Assembly: GCA_021798195.1 (NCBI GenBank)
Contig: JAJZYH010000001.1
Span: 80,390 to 144,389 of the forward strand
Direction: 5' to 3'
Source: Thermoplasmata archaeon
GTDB lineage: Archaea; Thermoplasmatota; Thermoplasmata; Lutacidiplasmatales; UBA184
DNA: 64,000 nt
Part shown: positions 8,581-16,815 of the stretch, one piece after another
Layout: the number at the start of each line of letters is the position of its first letter
How positions within the stretch are numbered: position 1 is the first letter of the stretch
The notes under the pieces: generated by a model
What the model was told of the DNA's origin: nothing
What the model saw: the letters and a program-made list of their open reading frames with translations, nothing else
Database searches by the model: none
Program-made: the position numbers and the translations under genes

Positions 8581-9072
8581 ATGGTGGTCCAAGAACTCAC
8601 CTTGAGCTTGCCGAACCGCCCGGGCGTCCTGCAGAGCGTGACCCAGATCCTCGCCGAGGGGCGCATCAACGTCGCGTCCCTTTCCCTGAACTCCCAGGGG
8701 CTCAAGAGCAATGTCCGGATGGTGGTGAGCGATACGCAGCGGGCCCTTTCTCTCCTGCGGAAGAATGGGTACAAGATCGACGCCCACGAGCTCCTGGTCG
8801 TCCATCTGGAGGACAAGGCGGGCAGCTTTGCCAAGGTCCTGGGCATCCTGGCGAAGCACCGCATCAATGTGGTCTCCGCCACGATTCTCGTCACGCGGGA
8901 TCGCCAGAAGGTCCTGGTAGGCCTGGAAGTGAGCAACACTTCCCGGGCTCGGCGCCTCCTTGCGCAGGCAGGTTTCCTTGCCCCCAGCGCGGAGGACCTC
9001 ATTTCCAACGAGGATCTGGTCTCCAGCCGACTCACGGAAGTACCGGGCGAGTCCGTGGGACTCCTGTTGTGA
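8581..9072 (+). CDS. tandem ACT-domain protein
   Basis: Two repeats of the ACT pattern: LSLPNRPGVLQSVTQILAEGRINVASL and VHLEDKAGSFAKVLGILAKHRINVVS. The internal ATG at 8581 was chosen because the upstream part of the 252-aa ORF is Pro/Arg-rich and contains the TATA-like box. Confidence 0.7.
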   Translation: MVVQELTLSLPNRPGVLQSVTQILAEGRINVASLSLNSQGLKSNVRMVVSDTQRALSLLRKNGYKIDAHELLVVHLEDKAGSFAKVLGILAKHRINVVSATILVTRDRQKVLVGLEVSNTSRARRLLAQAGFLAPSAEDLISNEDLVSSRLTEVPGESVGLLL

Positions 9073-9077
9073 GAGGG

Positions 9078-10274
9078 TCAGGTTCGGATTCCCGAAGGGA
9101 GGGCATCGCCCGCGGGGGAGGCCCTCCGATCCCTCCGGGGAATCTCCCGGGCTTCTTCGTGCATCGGGTCGACGGAGTGGCGGGCCTCCCGGAGGAGAGC
9201 GGCGTATCTCGTCCGGTCCGCGGATTCCACCGCTCCCCGCAGGTCCTTCAACGACCGCTCCAGTCGATTGAAGAGATTGGGTGCGGTGGGATTCACCGAC
9301 TGGATGTCGTACGAGAGGTCCGGGCTCTCTGCCATCACGTTCCGGGCGGCGTCAAGATGCCGGCGTAGGGAGGCCGGTGCACAGGTCCGTACGAGGGTCG
9401 GGTCTTGGCCCGATCGCGCCAGGGCGAGGCCCAGGATCAGGCTCAGGGCATGGGGGAGCGCCAGGGCATCCCCCATGAGGGGGTCATGAGCTTCCAGGGG
9501 GAGGAAGGAGATGGAAAGGGAGCTGGGGGCGAAGAGCGAGGCCGCCCGGAGCGCCGACGGGCGGTCGCCACAATCCATCACCAGGAGCTTCTCGCCTTCC
9601 AGGGTCCTCACGTCCGGCCCGAAGAGGGGGTGGACGCTGGAGAGGTGGAACCCGTGCCGGATCCCCCGGTGGATCCATGGGAGGAGCGGGGCCTTGAACG
9701 AGAGGACATCGAAGATGAGCGCCTCGGTCTCGGTGGCGAAAAGGGAGCGATAGATCGCCCCCGCCGAGCGCATGGGGGTGGCCACGATGATCACCTCGGC
9801 ATCCTGCGCCGCCCGGCCCAGGTCGGAGTGAACGGTCACTTCGGGAGCGGAACGATCCGATCCCCGGGGGTCCACTACCCCCACCCGATGGCCCAGGGTC
9901 TCCAGGAACTCCCGCAGCCAGCTTCCCATGCGTCCCAGCCCCCCCACGATCAGAACGTCCGATTGGCGGGGAGGGGACGAGCGGTGCCCCTCGACCCTCT
10001 CCTCCGCATGGGTGGATTCCTCCAGGAGCCACGACGCCAGCCGGGCGGCTCGGCGGGGGTCCACATGGTCCTTTGCCAATCGCTTCTTCCAGCGTTCCAG
10101 GGTGGCCGGCTCCGTGCCGTACTCCCGTCGGGGAAGGTTCAGATCCCGTTTGAGTTCCCCCAACCGGTGCGCGAGGGCCAGCCGGCGTGCGATGGCCTCC
10201 AGAACGGCCTCGTCCGCCCGGGCGATCTCGCCACGCAACCGGATCAATTGATCCCTGCGGGGATCGGACGCCAT
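9078..10274 (-). CDS. tyrA: bifunctional chorismate mutase / prephenate dehydrogenase
   Basis: 398 aa. N-terminal AroQ-type helix LIRLRGEIARADEAVLEAIARRLALAHRLGELK. This is followed by a Rossmann motif VLIVGGLGRMGSW and the prephenate dehydrogenase core (SVHPLFGP). Confidence 0.75.
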   Translation of the reverse strand: MASDPRRDQLIRLRGEIARADEAVLEAIARRLALAHRLGELKRDLNLPRREYGTEPATLERWKKRLAKDHVDPRRAARLASWLLEESTHAEERVEGHRSSPPRQSDVLIVGGLGRMGSWLREFLETLGHRVGVVDPRGSDRSAPEVTVHSDLGRAAQDAEVIIVATPMRSAGAIYRSLFATETEALIFDVLSFKAPLLPWIHRGIRHGFHLSSVHPLFGPDVRTLEGEKLLVMDCGDRPSALRAASLFAPSSLSISFLPLEAHDPLMGDALALPHALSLILGLALARSGQDPTLVRTCAPASLRRHLDAARNVMAESPDLSYDIQSVNPTAPNLFNRLERSLKDLRGAVESADRTRYAALLREARHSVDPMHEEAREIPRRDRRASPAGDALPSGIRT

Positions 10275-10295
10275 GGTCGAGAACAGGTCTCCACC

Positions 10296-10303
10296 CTATA
10301 TTT
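10296..10303 (-). promoter_or_regulatory. TATA box for tyrA (leaderless)
   Basis: Minus-strand AAATATAG is centred about 26 nt upstream of the ATG at 10274. Confidence 0.4.
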
Positions 10304-10347
10304 GCCCAATACACGAGGGGACCCCGCGAAACTTCGGGGGGAGAACC

Positions 10348-10357
10348 AAACTTAAAG
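10348..10357 (+). promoter_or_regulatory. TATA-like box for tRNA-Gly
   Basis: AAACTTAAAG lies about 30 nt upstream of the tRNA 5' end. Confidence 0.4.
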
Positions 10358-10383
10358 ACCCCCCGGTTCTCGGCCGATGCCAA

Positions 10384-10455
10384 GCGGTCATAGTGTAGTG
10401 GTTAGCACGCAAGGTTCCCAACCTTGCAACCCGGGTTCGAATCCCGGTGACCGCA
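10384..10455 (+). tRNA. tRNA-Gly(CCC)
   Basis: Hand-folded cloverleaf: GCGGTCA/TGACCGC acceptor stem, CAAGG-TTCCCAA-CCTTG anticodon arm, CCGGG-TTCGAAT-CCCGG T arm, discriminator A. No encoded CCA. Confidence 0.85.
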
Positions 10456-10549
10456 TCGTGGGCTCCTCCGGGGGTCATCCCCCCGGGAGGCAGATCCCCC
10501 TCGTCGAGCCGATCCCCGAATGGAGGTGCCTCGGGGAACCTCCCGGTCC

Positions 10550-11965
10550 TCACTCGATACAGCAACTCATCCGGCTCATGTCGTGGTGGAACGACTCCGC
10601 CGCGATCTTGAGGGACTCCGAGAACGTGGGGAAGGTGTGGACCGTGTCGATGATGTCCTCCACCGTGAGGCTCCCCCGCAGGGCGTAGGCCGCCGCGTGG
10701 ATCATGTCCGCGGCGATGGGGGAGACGATGTGGACTCCCAGCACCCGGCGGGTCTTCGCATCCACCACCATCTTGAGGATCCCCCGGGTGTCCCCCACGG
10801 TGAGCGCCTTCGGGATCCGTTCCATGGTGATCACCCGGCACTCGCACTGGAAACCCCGCCGGACCGCCTCGGCATCCGTGAGCCCCACGCTGGCCACCTG
10901 GGGGTTCGTGAACACGGCATGGGGCACCAGATCGTAATTGATGGACCTCGTTTCCCCCTGGAGGGCGTTCCGCGCGGCGAGGGCCCCTTCCTTGGCCGCC
11001 ACGGTTTCCAGCGCCATCCGGCCCACCACGTCCCCCGCGGCCCATATCCCGGGCACGGAGGTCTCTAGGTGGGGGGAGGTCTTCACGAATCCGCGATCCG
11101 AGAGCCGAACCCCGGCCTCTTCGAGGCCGATCCCGGCGGTGTTGGGGCTCACCCCCGTGGCCACGAGGATCTCGTCGCCCACGCACGTGAGGCTGCGGGA
11201 ATCGTTCGTGAGGTCGCACACGACCCGGCCCTTCTTCCTCTGGATCCGCTTGACCCGGGCACCGGTGTGGACCGTGATCCCTTCCGAGGTGAGACAACGG
11301 GTGATCTCCTCGGACACCTCGGGTTCCTCGAACGGCAGGAGCCGCGGGGCGGACTCGAGGACGGTCACCGTGCTCCCGAAGTGGGAGTACATCTGGGCGA
11401 ACTCGAGGCCCAGGGGCCCCCCTCCCAGCACCATGAGCTCCCCGGGGAGATCCTTCCGACGCATCAGCGATCGGTTGGTGAGGTATCCGGCCTCCTCGAG
11501 CCCCTCGATGGGGGGGACTTTGGGGGAAGAACCGGTCGCGAGGAGCACATGCCGTCCCCGCAGGGTGCGTCCGCGGACCGTGACCGTGCGGTCGGGGCGG
11601 AGGGTGCCCGTGCCTTCAATGTACTCGATCTTGCGGTCGGTCAACACATCCTGATAATTCGTCTTCCGGAGGCGTCGGACCATCCGGTCCTTGTTGGCGA
11701 TGGCCTCCGGGAAGTCGCAGCGGACCGCCCCCGGAAGGTTGCATGCGAACTGCGGGCTCTTCCGGTAGAAGTACTCGTTCCCGGCCTCGAGGAGGAACTT
11801 GGAGGGGATGCACCCCACATTGACACAGGTCCCTCCCATGGGAAGCCCCGCATTGACCATGGCGGAACGGAAGCCCAGTTCGTCGGCGCGGATCGCCGCG
11901 GCGAACGCGGCGGCACCTCCCCCAAGGATCACCAGATCGAAATCGTCTCCGGAACGCGGCATCAT
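10550..11965 (-). CDS. merA: mercuric (Hg2+) reductase, core form without an N-terminal HMA domain
   Basis: 471 aa. Redox-active GGTCVNVGCIPSK. FAD and NAD Rossmann motifs. C-terminal vicinal cysteines ...FHHDMSRMSCCIE, which distinguish MerA from other class I disulfide reductases. Confidence 0.85.
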   Translation of the reverse strand: MMPRSGDDFDLVILGGGAAAFAAAIRADELGFRSAMVNAGLPMGGTCVNVGCIPSKFLLEAGNEYFYRKSPQFACNLPGAVRCDFPEAIANKDRMVRRLRKTNYQDVLTDRKIEYIEGTGTLRPDRTVTVRGRTLRGRHVLLATGSSPKVPPIEGLEEAGYLTNRSLMRRKDLPGELMVLGGGPLGLEFAQMYSHFGSTVTVLESAPRLLPFEEPEVSEEITRCLTSEGITVHTGARVKRIQRKKGRVVCDLTNDSRSLTCVGDEILVATGVSPNTAGIGLEEAGVRLSDRGFVKTSPHLETSVPGIWAAGDVVGRMALETVAAKEGALAARNALQGETRSINYDLVPHAVFTNPQVASVGLTDAEAVRRGFQCECRVITMERIPKALTVGDTRGILKMVVDAKTRRVLGVHIVSPIAADMIHAAAYALRGSLTVEDIIDTVHTFPTFSESLKIAAESFHHDMSRMSCCIE

Positions 11966-12010
11966 GGATGGGTGAGATGCCCGTCATCATTACGCCTCGC
12001 GGAGCCGGCG

Positions 12011-12042
12011 GCCACCTGCTTTCTCTGAGGAAACCAGGTGGC
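12011..12042. promoter_or_regulatory. 8-bp perfect inverted repeat in the merA / thioredoxin-like divergent intergenic region (candidate operator)
   Basis: GCCACCTG (12011-12018) and CAGGTGGC (12035-12042) are separated by 16 nt. The repeat lies between two divergent start codons. Confidence 0.35.
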
Positions 12043-12061
12043 GGATCGGCCAGCGAACCGA

Positions 12062-12069
12062 GATAAAAG
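12062..12069 (+). promoter_or_regulatory. TATA-like box, with a downstream GGAGG, for the thioredoxin-like gene
   Basis: GATAAAAG lies about 45 nt upstream of the ATG at 12112. GGAGG at 12103-12107 is a possible SD sequence. Confidence 0.35.
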
Positions 12070-12111
12070 AGCGACCGCATCGTCCTGCTGTCCCGCGGAG
12101 CCGGAGGATTC

Positions 12112-12837
12112 ATGACCCCCACGGATGCACGACGTCCCACCAGTGAGAAGTGTCCCCACTGCGACGTCCGAGTTCGGCGAGATCGCTTGCTGACGCACGT
12201 CGCCCGGGTCCATCCGGGTCAATCCCTGGAACCGGAGACGGTGAAGCGGATCCGTAAAGCCTCCCGTGAGGCGTCCCGAGGAAGCCGCACCCCGCGGGCC
12301 CCCCTCCCTCGACGATGGATCTTTGCGGGAGTGGGCGTGGTCATCGTAGTGCTCGTGGCCTACGTGATCCTCCATTCTTCCGCGTCGGGTCTCGCCCGGA
12401 CCGGGGGAGCCGCCCCCGATTTCACATTCACCGGGCTCTCCGGGAATCCTCACTCCCTGAGTTCCTACGAGGGGCACCCCCTGGTGCTCTGGTGGGTGGC
12501 GACCTTCTGCTCCGGCTGCAGCGAAGGGACGTCGTACTTTGCGCAGAACTATTACTCCCAGTACCACACGGAAGGGGTGACCCTGCTGGAGATCGAGGAC
12601 TACAACGACCTGGGCCAACCGGGACCCAGTATGAGTTCGTTCGCCACATCGAACGGGTACAACGGTCAGGCGGGGTGGGTGATGGGCATCGGGTCTGCGT
12701 CGGGCACCCAATCGTACAATCCCAATGGGTACCTCGATGTGTACTACGTCATCAACGCTCAGGGGAACATTGTGTCCAGCGGCCAGGTACTCTCCTCCTC
12801 CTTCTCCACGGCTCTGCAGCAAGCGGTGTCCTCATGA
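12112..12837 (+). CDS. membrane-anchored TlpA/redoxin-like thioredoxin-fold protein with an N-terminal C2H2-spaced zinc-finger motif
   Basis: 241 aa. CPHCDVRVRRDRLLTHVARVH (C-x2-C-x12-H-x4-H), then one TM helix (WIFAGVGVVIVVLVAYVIL), then APDFTFTGLSG...PLVLWWVATFCSGCSE with a CxxC motif. Confidence 0.7.
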   Translation: MTPTDARRPTSEKCPHCDVRVRRDRLLTHVARVHPGQSLEPETVKRIRKASREASRGSRTPRAPLPRRWIFAGVGVVIVVLVAYVILHSSASGLARTGGAAPDFTFTGLSGNPHSLSSYEGHPLVLWWVATFCSGCSEGTSYFAQNYYSQYHTEGVTLLEIEDYNDLGQPGPSMSSFATSNGYNGQAGWVMGIGSASGTQSYNPNGYLDVYYVINAQGNIVSSGQVLSSSFSTALQQAVSS

Positions 12838-13070
12838 CGGTCCCGGTGGGATTGGAGTCTCCGCGGGGGCTGGCGTCTCGACGTCGGGCGATTCCCTTCC
12901 TTGCGGGAGGGGTGGCCCTGCTCGTCCCCTTGGCCGTGGCCCGGGCGTTCTGCTGCCATCTTTCCCTGCTCCAGAGCCGTCTCATCTTCTCCTGGCTCCC
13001 GCCTGCCGGTTTGCTCCTCATCGGGATTGCCGTGGGCGTCTGGTGGGGGTCCCGATGGCCGAGACCATGA
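12834..13070 (+). CDS. small two-TM membrane protein with a vicinal Cys-Cys pair
   Basis: 78 aa. The ATG overlaps the upstream TGA (ATGA). AIPFLAGGVALLVPLAVARAFCCHLSL, then LLLIGIAVGVWWG. Confidence 0.5.
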   Translation: MTVPVGLESPRGLASRRRAIPFLAGGVALLVPLAVARAFCCHLSLLQSRLIFSWLPPAGLLLIGIAVGVWWGSRWPRP

Positions 13071-13666
13071 CCGGGGCCGTGCATCCCCGCGGGATGTTTC
13101 CAGAGGCGACCGTCCTTCGGACGGTGTTTTCGTCGCCGGCGTACCTTCTCGCCTACCTTCTCTCGGCCCCCCTGGTCGCGGGAGCCTATCTGATCCTGCT
13201 GCCCGGGCTCATCCTGGGCTCCTACCAACCCTGGGTCCTCCGGTTCCTTACAGTCCCGGAGGCGGCGTTTGCTGTCGCGATGGGGGTCCTCTTCCCCGCC
13301 GTGGTGCTGGCGAACCTCCATCTCTGGAGGCATCCCGGCTGCGCGCCCGTGAGCCGCCACGCCCGGACCGGCACCCTGGGGGCGCTCGTCATGAGCGTGA
13401 TCCCCAACGCCCTCTGCTGCACTCCCATCATCCCGGTGGTTCTGGCCGCATTCGTGTCCGGTGCCGCCCTGGTGTCCATATCCGCTCCCGTGCAGTATTT
13501 CCTCGGCACCTACGCTCCGGTCCTGTACCTCGTGTCGGCCCTGGCCCTGTGGGCCTCTCTGCGCGTCGCTGCCCGGGCGACCCAGCGGACCCAGGTGCCG
13601 GGATCGGCGGGCTCTATGGACGAGTGCGGATGCTCCCCCCTCGACGAGGCTATGAAGGATGGTTGA
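13055..13666 (+). CDS. four-TM membrane protein with an intramembrane Cys-Cys pair and a C-terminal C-G-C motif
   Basis: 203 aa. Overlaps the previous ORF by 16 nt. GTLGALVMSVIPNALCCTPIIPVVLAAF sits in a TM helix. The cytoplasmic tail contains MDECGCSPLDE. Confidence 0.6.
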   Translation: MAETMTGAVHPRGMFPEATVLRTVFSSPAYLLAYLLSAPLVAGAYLILLPGLILGSYQPWVLRFLTVPEAAFAVAMGVLFPAVVLANLHLWRHPGCAPVSRHARTGTLGALVMSVIPNALCCTPIIPVVLAAFVSGAALVSISAPVQYFLGTYAPVLYLVSALALWASLRVAARATQRTQVPGSAGSMDECGCSPLDEAMKDG

Positions 13667-13708
13667 CGTCATGGGAAGGACCAACCAGGCGGTTTGCCCC
13701 CTCTCACC

Positions 13709-14293
13709 ATGCCCTGCACCCACCCCGGACCCATGGCGGTGACCCGCGCCCGCTTCCCCGATGCCGCGTTCCTGGCCGACGTACTTTCTGAGGGCCAGAA
13801 CCGGGTGGGCTTCCTGGTCCTCGGCGTGGTCATCACCTTGTCCTATCTCGCCGTGTTCGACACCGTGGATGCCCATGTGGGGCTGGGGGCGCCCCTCACC
13901 GTGGAACAGATCCTGGATTCCATCGCCATCGGGGCGATGCTCTCCCTCTACCTGGTCTCGCACTCCCATTGCGTTCGGCAGGGCGTTTGCGCCCCCGTCC
14001 GGAACGTAGCAGGCTCCCGTTCCCTGGTCGCCGGGACACTGGTGGGGGGACTTCCGGCCCTGCTGGTGGGATGCTGCGGTTCGTTGGTCCCCGCAGTGGC
14101 ACTGGGTCTCGCGGGCACGATCTCCGAGACCGGGATCCTCCCTGCCCTTTCCGTCGCCGCAGTCGTGGCGCAGTTGATGGCGCTCCTCTTCATCGCAATC
14201 CCTCTCCACAGGCTGGCACGACTCTGGCAGTGGGACCTCTCGGGGAACGGGACCCCTCGGACGGGGAAGGAGGTCCCTGAAGACGGTGAATGA
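13709..14293 (+). CDS. membrane protein with an intramembrane Cys-Cys pair (paralogous core to the previous gene)
   Basis: GTLVGGLPALLVGCCGSLVPAVALGL parallels GTL...P..L.CC...(I/V)P.V of the 13055 gene. Also contains HSHC...C. The start is uncertain: TTG 13694, ATG 13709 or ATG 13733. Confidence 0.6.
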   Translation: MPCTHPGPMAVTRARFPDAAFLADVLSEGQNRVGFLVLGVVITLSYLAVFDTVDAHVGLGAPLTVEQILDSIAIGAMLSLYLVSHSHCVRQGVCAPVRNVAGSRSLVAGTLVGGLPALLVGCCGSLVPAVALGLAGTISETGILPALSVAAVVAQLMALLFIAIPLHRLARLWQWDLSGNGTPRTGKEVPEDGE

Positions 14294-14474
14294 ATTCTCT
14301 CTTCGGAACCACCGCGGGGTCAGGTGCCCGCCGGGAAGGCTTCCCGGAGACGAGATCGAGTTCGCGATCCGGGACCAGTGGACATCCTTCTTCCAAGAGA
14401 AACGGGTGGGAAGAGGTCCGGGCGGATGCACAACGTTCCTCCATTTTATGAGGGCCGGGAAGGTGGCGTATCGC

Positions 14475-14930
14475 ATGGGTGAAGAGCCCCAACGCGGAAC
14501 GAAGGCGAAGGAATCGGCCACAGGATTCACGAGGCAGGAACGTGCCGCCATGAAGGACCTCATCCGGGAGCGCTCCGTCGTGTGGGGGAGGAACCGGGAC
14601 GATGACGACCGGGTAGTGCGGGCCAAGATCGACCAGATGCCCGAACCAGACCGGTCCATGGGGAAGAGGATCCACGAACTCATCGGGACCCGCGCTCCCG
14701 TCCTCGCGCCGAGGCTCTGGTACGGGATGCCGGCGTACACCAAAAAGGGGGACGTCGTTTGCTTCTACCAACCGGCCAGCAAATTCAAGGCGAGGTACGG
14801 AACGCTCGGCTTTACGGATCACGCGAAGCTCGACGAAGGGAAGTTCTGGCCCACCGCATTCGCACTCACCGGCCTGACCGCCACCACGGAAGCGACCATC
14901 GCACGTCTCCTCAAGAGAGCGGTGGGTTGA
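14475..14930 (+). CDS. DUF1801 (YdhG-like) domain protein
   Basis: LWYGMPAYTKKGDVVCFYQPASKFKARYGTLGF is typical of the family. An internal ATG was chosen, so the start is uncertain. Confidence 0.55.
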   Translation: MGEEPQRGTKAKESATGFTRQERAAMKDLIRERSVVWGRNRDDDDRVVRAKIDQMPEPDRSMGKRIHELIGTRAPVLAPRLWYGMPAYTKKGDVVCFYQPASKFKARYGTLGFTDHAKLDEGKFWPTAFALTGLTATTEATIARLLKRAVG

Positions 14931-15032
14931 GACGTCGGTAGCCCGCGCAAGGGATCCCGGGCCGCGACGGGGAGAGTGCGGCGGCGTACGGATTTAGGGA
15001 GATGGTGCCTTCCGGGCGGAGTGGGGAGAAGG

Positions 15033-16130
15033 ATGCCGGAAGAGGGGGGATTCCAGACGCTATCGGACCTCGAGGAGAGCGCGGCACGTCGTGTGGATCC
15101 GAAGGTCTGGGCCCATGTCCAGGGAGGTGCCGGTGAGCAGAGGACCCTCCGCTGGAACCGGGAGGCCTTCCAGGTAAGGACCCTCCGGCCCAGGGTCCTC
15201 GTGGACGTGCGCCGAGTCCGCACCGCCCACCGGATCCTGGGTCGACCCGTGGATGTCCCCTTCTTCATCTCGCCCACCAGTCAGCACGGGCTCCTCCACC
15301 CGGAAGCGGAAGTGGCCACAGCTCGGGCCGCTGCCGGAAGGAACGTGCTCGCGGTCTACTCGACGCTCTCGACCCGGGGCTTGGAGGAGATCGCCGAGGC
15401 GGCCCCCCGGGCTCCCCGCTGGTTCCAGCTCTATGTCCATCAGGACCCGGCGATCACAAAGGACCTCCTCCAGCGGGCCGAAGCAGGCGGGTACCAGGCC
15501 ATCGTGATCACCGTGGATGCCCCGGTCCTGGGGGTCCGGGACTCGCAGGATAAAGCCGGGTTCGTCATGCCTCCAGGGGTCCCATTGGGAAACCTGGATC
15601 GGTATGCGTCTTCGAAGGGCCACGAGGGGTCCCTCCGCCAAGCCGATCACTTCGCCCGGCGGACAGACCCCGCGATGACCTGGGATCGGCTCGCGGAGGT
15701 CCGGGCAGGGACCCACCTCCCCTTGGTCCTCAAGGGAATCCTCACCGCCGGGGACACCGAGCGGGCGGTCGATGCAGGAGTGTCGGGGATCGTTGTCTCG
15801 AACCATGGGGGACGCCAGCTGGACGGGGCCCCGGCCACGCTCTGGGCCCTGTCGGAAGTGGTAAAGGCCTCCCGGGGGCGGCTCGAAGTCTACCTCGATG
15901 GGGGAGTCCGGCGCGGCGCCGACGTGCTGGTGGCCATGGCCCTGGGCGCCCGGGCCGTGGGGTTGGGACGCCCCATCCTCTGGGGGTTGGCGGCCGGCGG
16001 AGAAGCCGGTGTGGGTCGGGTCCTCGACCTCCTCCGGAAGGATCTGGAAATCTCCATGGCGCTCACGGGCTGCCGGGAGGTAATGGAGATCCGGCCGGAG
16101 ATGGTCGGAGAGATTCCCCGGGACGGATAG
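15033..16130 (+). CDS. FMN-dependent 2-hydroxyacid oxidase/dehydrogenase (L-lactate / glycolate oxidase family)
   Basis: Blocks WFQLYV, ITVDAP, LVLKGI and VSNHGGRQLDG, followed by the C-terminal block DGGVRRGADVLVAMALGA. Confidence 0.8.
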   Translation: MPEEGGFQTLSDLEESAARRVDPKVWAHVQGGAGEQRTLRWNREAFQVRTLRPRVLVDVRRVRTAHRILGRPVDVPFFISPTSQHGLLHPEAEVATARAAAGRNVLAVYSTLSTRGLEEIAEAAPRAPRWFQLYVHQDPAITKDLLQRAEAGGYQAIVITVDAPVLGVRDSQDKAGFVMPPGVPLGNLDRYASSKGHEGSLRQADHFARRTDPAMTWDRLAEVRAGTHLPLVLKGILTAGDTERAVDAGVSGIVVSNHGGRQLDGAPATLWALSEVVKASRGRLEVYLDGGVRRGADVLVAMALGARAVGLGRPILWGLAAGGEAGVGRVLDLLRKDLEISMALTGCREVMEIRPEMVGEIPRDG

Positions 16131-16138
16131 GGGAAGAG

Positions 16139-16250
16139 TCCCGGCTGCCTGATTTGAACAGGCGACCTGAGGATGTCCGCGGGGACCGCCGGAGGGTCAC
16201 CCCAGCGGGCCGAACTACAGTCCCCCGCTCTACCCCTGAGCTAAGCCGGG
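16139..16250 (-). tRNA. tRNA-Tyr(GUA) with a 40-nt intron
   Basis: Minus strand: CCCGGCT/AGCCGGG acceptor stem (C1-G72, the archaeal/eukaryal Tyr identity pair), GCTC-AGGGGTA-GAGC D arm, anticodon loop CTGTAG[intron]A, GCCTG-TTCAAAT-CAGGC T arm. Total 72 nt plus a 40-nt intron. Confidence 0.8.
16175..16214 (-). other. tRNA-Tyr intron at the canonical 37/38 position
   Basis: 40 nt (TTCGGCCCGCTGGGGTGACCCTCCGGCGGTCCCCGCGGAC) interrupt the anticodon loop one nucleotide 3' of the GTA anticodon. Confidence 0.7.
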
Positions 16251-16376
16251 CCAATGGACGACCCCTCCCTCCCTACAAAATCCCTTCGGTACGCATGAGA
16301 GGGCGGGGTCCCTCTCCGGACCGACCCGAGGCAGAGGCGCAACATTATGAGCCATAACCTTGTGAGGCGCCTCGTT

Positions 16377-16449
16377 GGGCCTGTAGCTCAGTCGGTAGAG
16401 CAGGCGGCTCTTAACCGCAAGGTCCAGGGTTCGAATCCCTGCAGGCCCG
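16377..16449 (+). tRNA. tRNA-Lys(CUU)
   Basis: GGGCCTG/CAGGCCC acceptor stem, anticodon loop CTCTTAA, CAGGG-TTCGAAT-CCCTG T arm, discriminator G. Confidence 0.85.
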
Positions 16450-16540
16450 TCCGATTTTGGCAGGGCTTCGCCCATTTCGTTCGCGCTCTCCTCGAAGGGG
16501 GTTCGGCTCAGCCGTCACTTGGATTGTCACAATGGTCACG

Positions 16541-16548
16541 ATTTATAC
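16541..16548 (+). promoter_or_regulatory. TATA box for the TA operon, preceded by three GTCAC repeats
   Basis: ATTTATAC lies about 25 nt upstream of the ATG at 16570. GTCAC occurs at 16514, 16526 and 16535 and may be an operator. Confidence 0.4.
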
Positions 16549-16569
16549 CATTGACGCCCTCTCAGGGGC

Positions 16570-16812
16570 ATGGCCGTCGCCGATCCGCCCACCAGCATCC
16601 CCGTCCACAGCTCAACGCTCCGACGGCTCCAGCAGATGAAGACCGGTGCCCAGACCTGGGACGAATTCCTGCGCGAGCTCGCGGAACGTGACCTTGACCG
16701 GCTCGAGGAGAGCATCGCAACGAAGGACCTAGCCCTCTACCAAACGGAGAAGGCCAAGGTGATTCCGCTGGAGGACGTCCTCCGGGAGTTCCGTCTGAAG
16801 AGGAGGCGGTAG
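16570..16812 (+). CDS. antitoxin-like small protein (putative partner of the RelE/ParE-like toxin)
   Basis: 80 aa. TSIPVHSSTLRRLQQMKTGAQTWDEFLRELAE resembles archaeal antitoxin families. Lies 3 nt upstream of the toxin-like gene. Confidence 0.5.
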   Translation: MAVADPPTSIPVHSSTLRRLQQMKTGAQTWDEFLRELAERDLDRLEESIATKDLALYQTEKAKVIPLEDVLREFRLKRRR

Positions 16813-16815
16813 AGC

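Noticed and set aside
12752-14743. 663-aa minus-strand ORF opposite the Cys-Cys membrane protein genes
   Set aside because: It is low-complexity and Arg/Gly/Pro/His-rich. The plus-strand frames give coherent TM proteins with overlapping-stop coupling.
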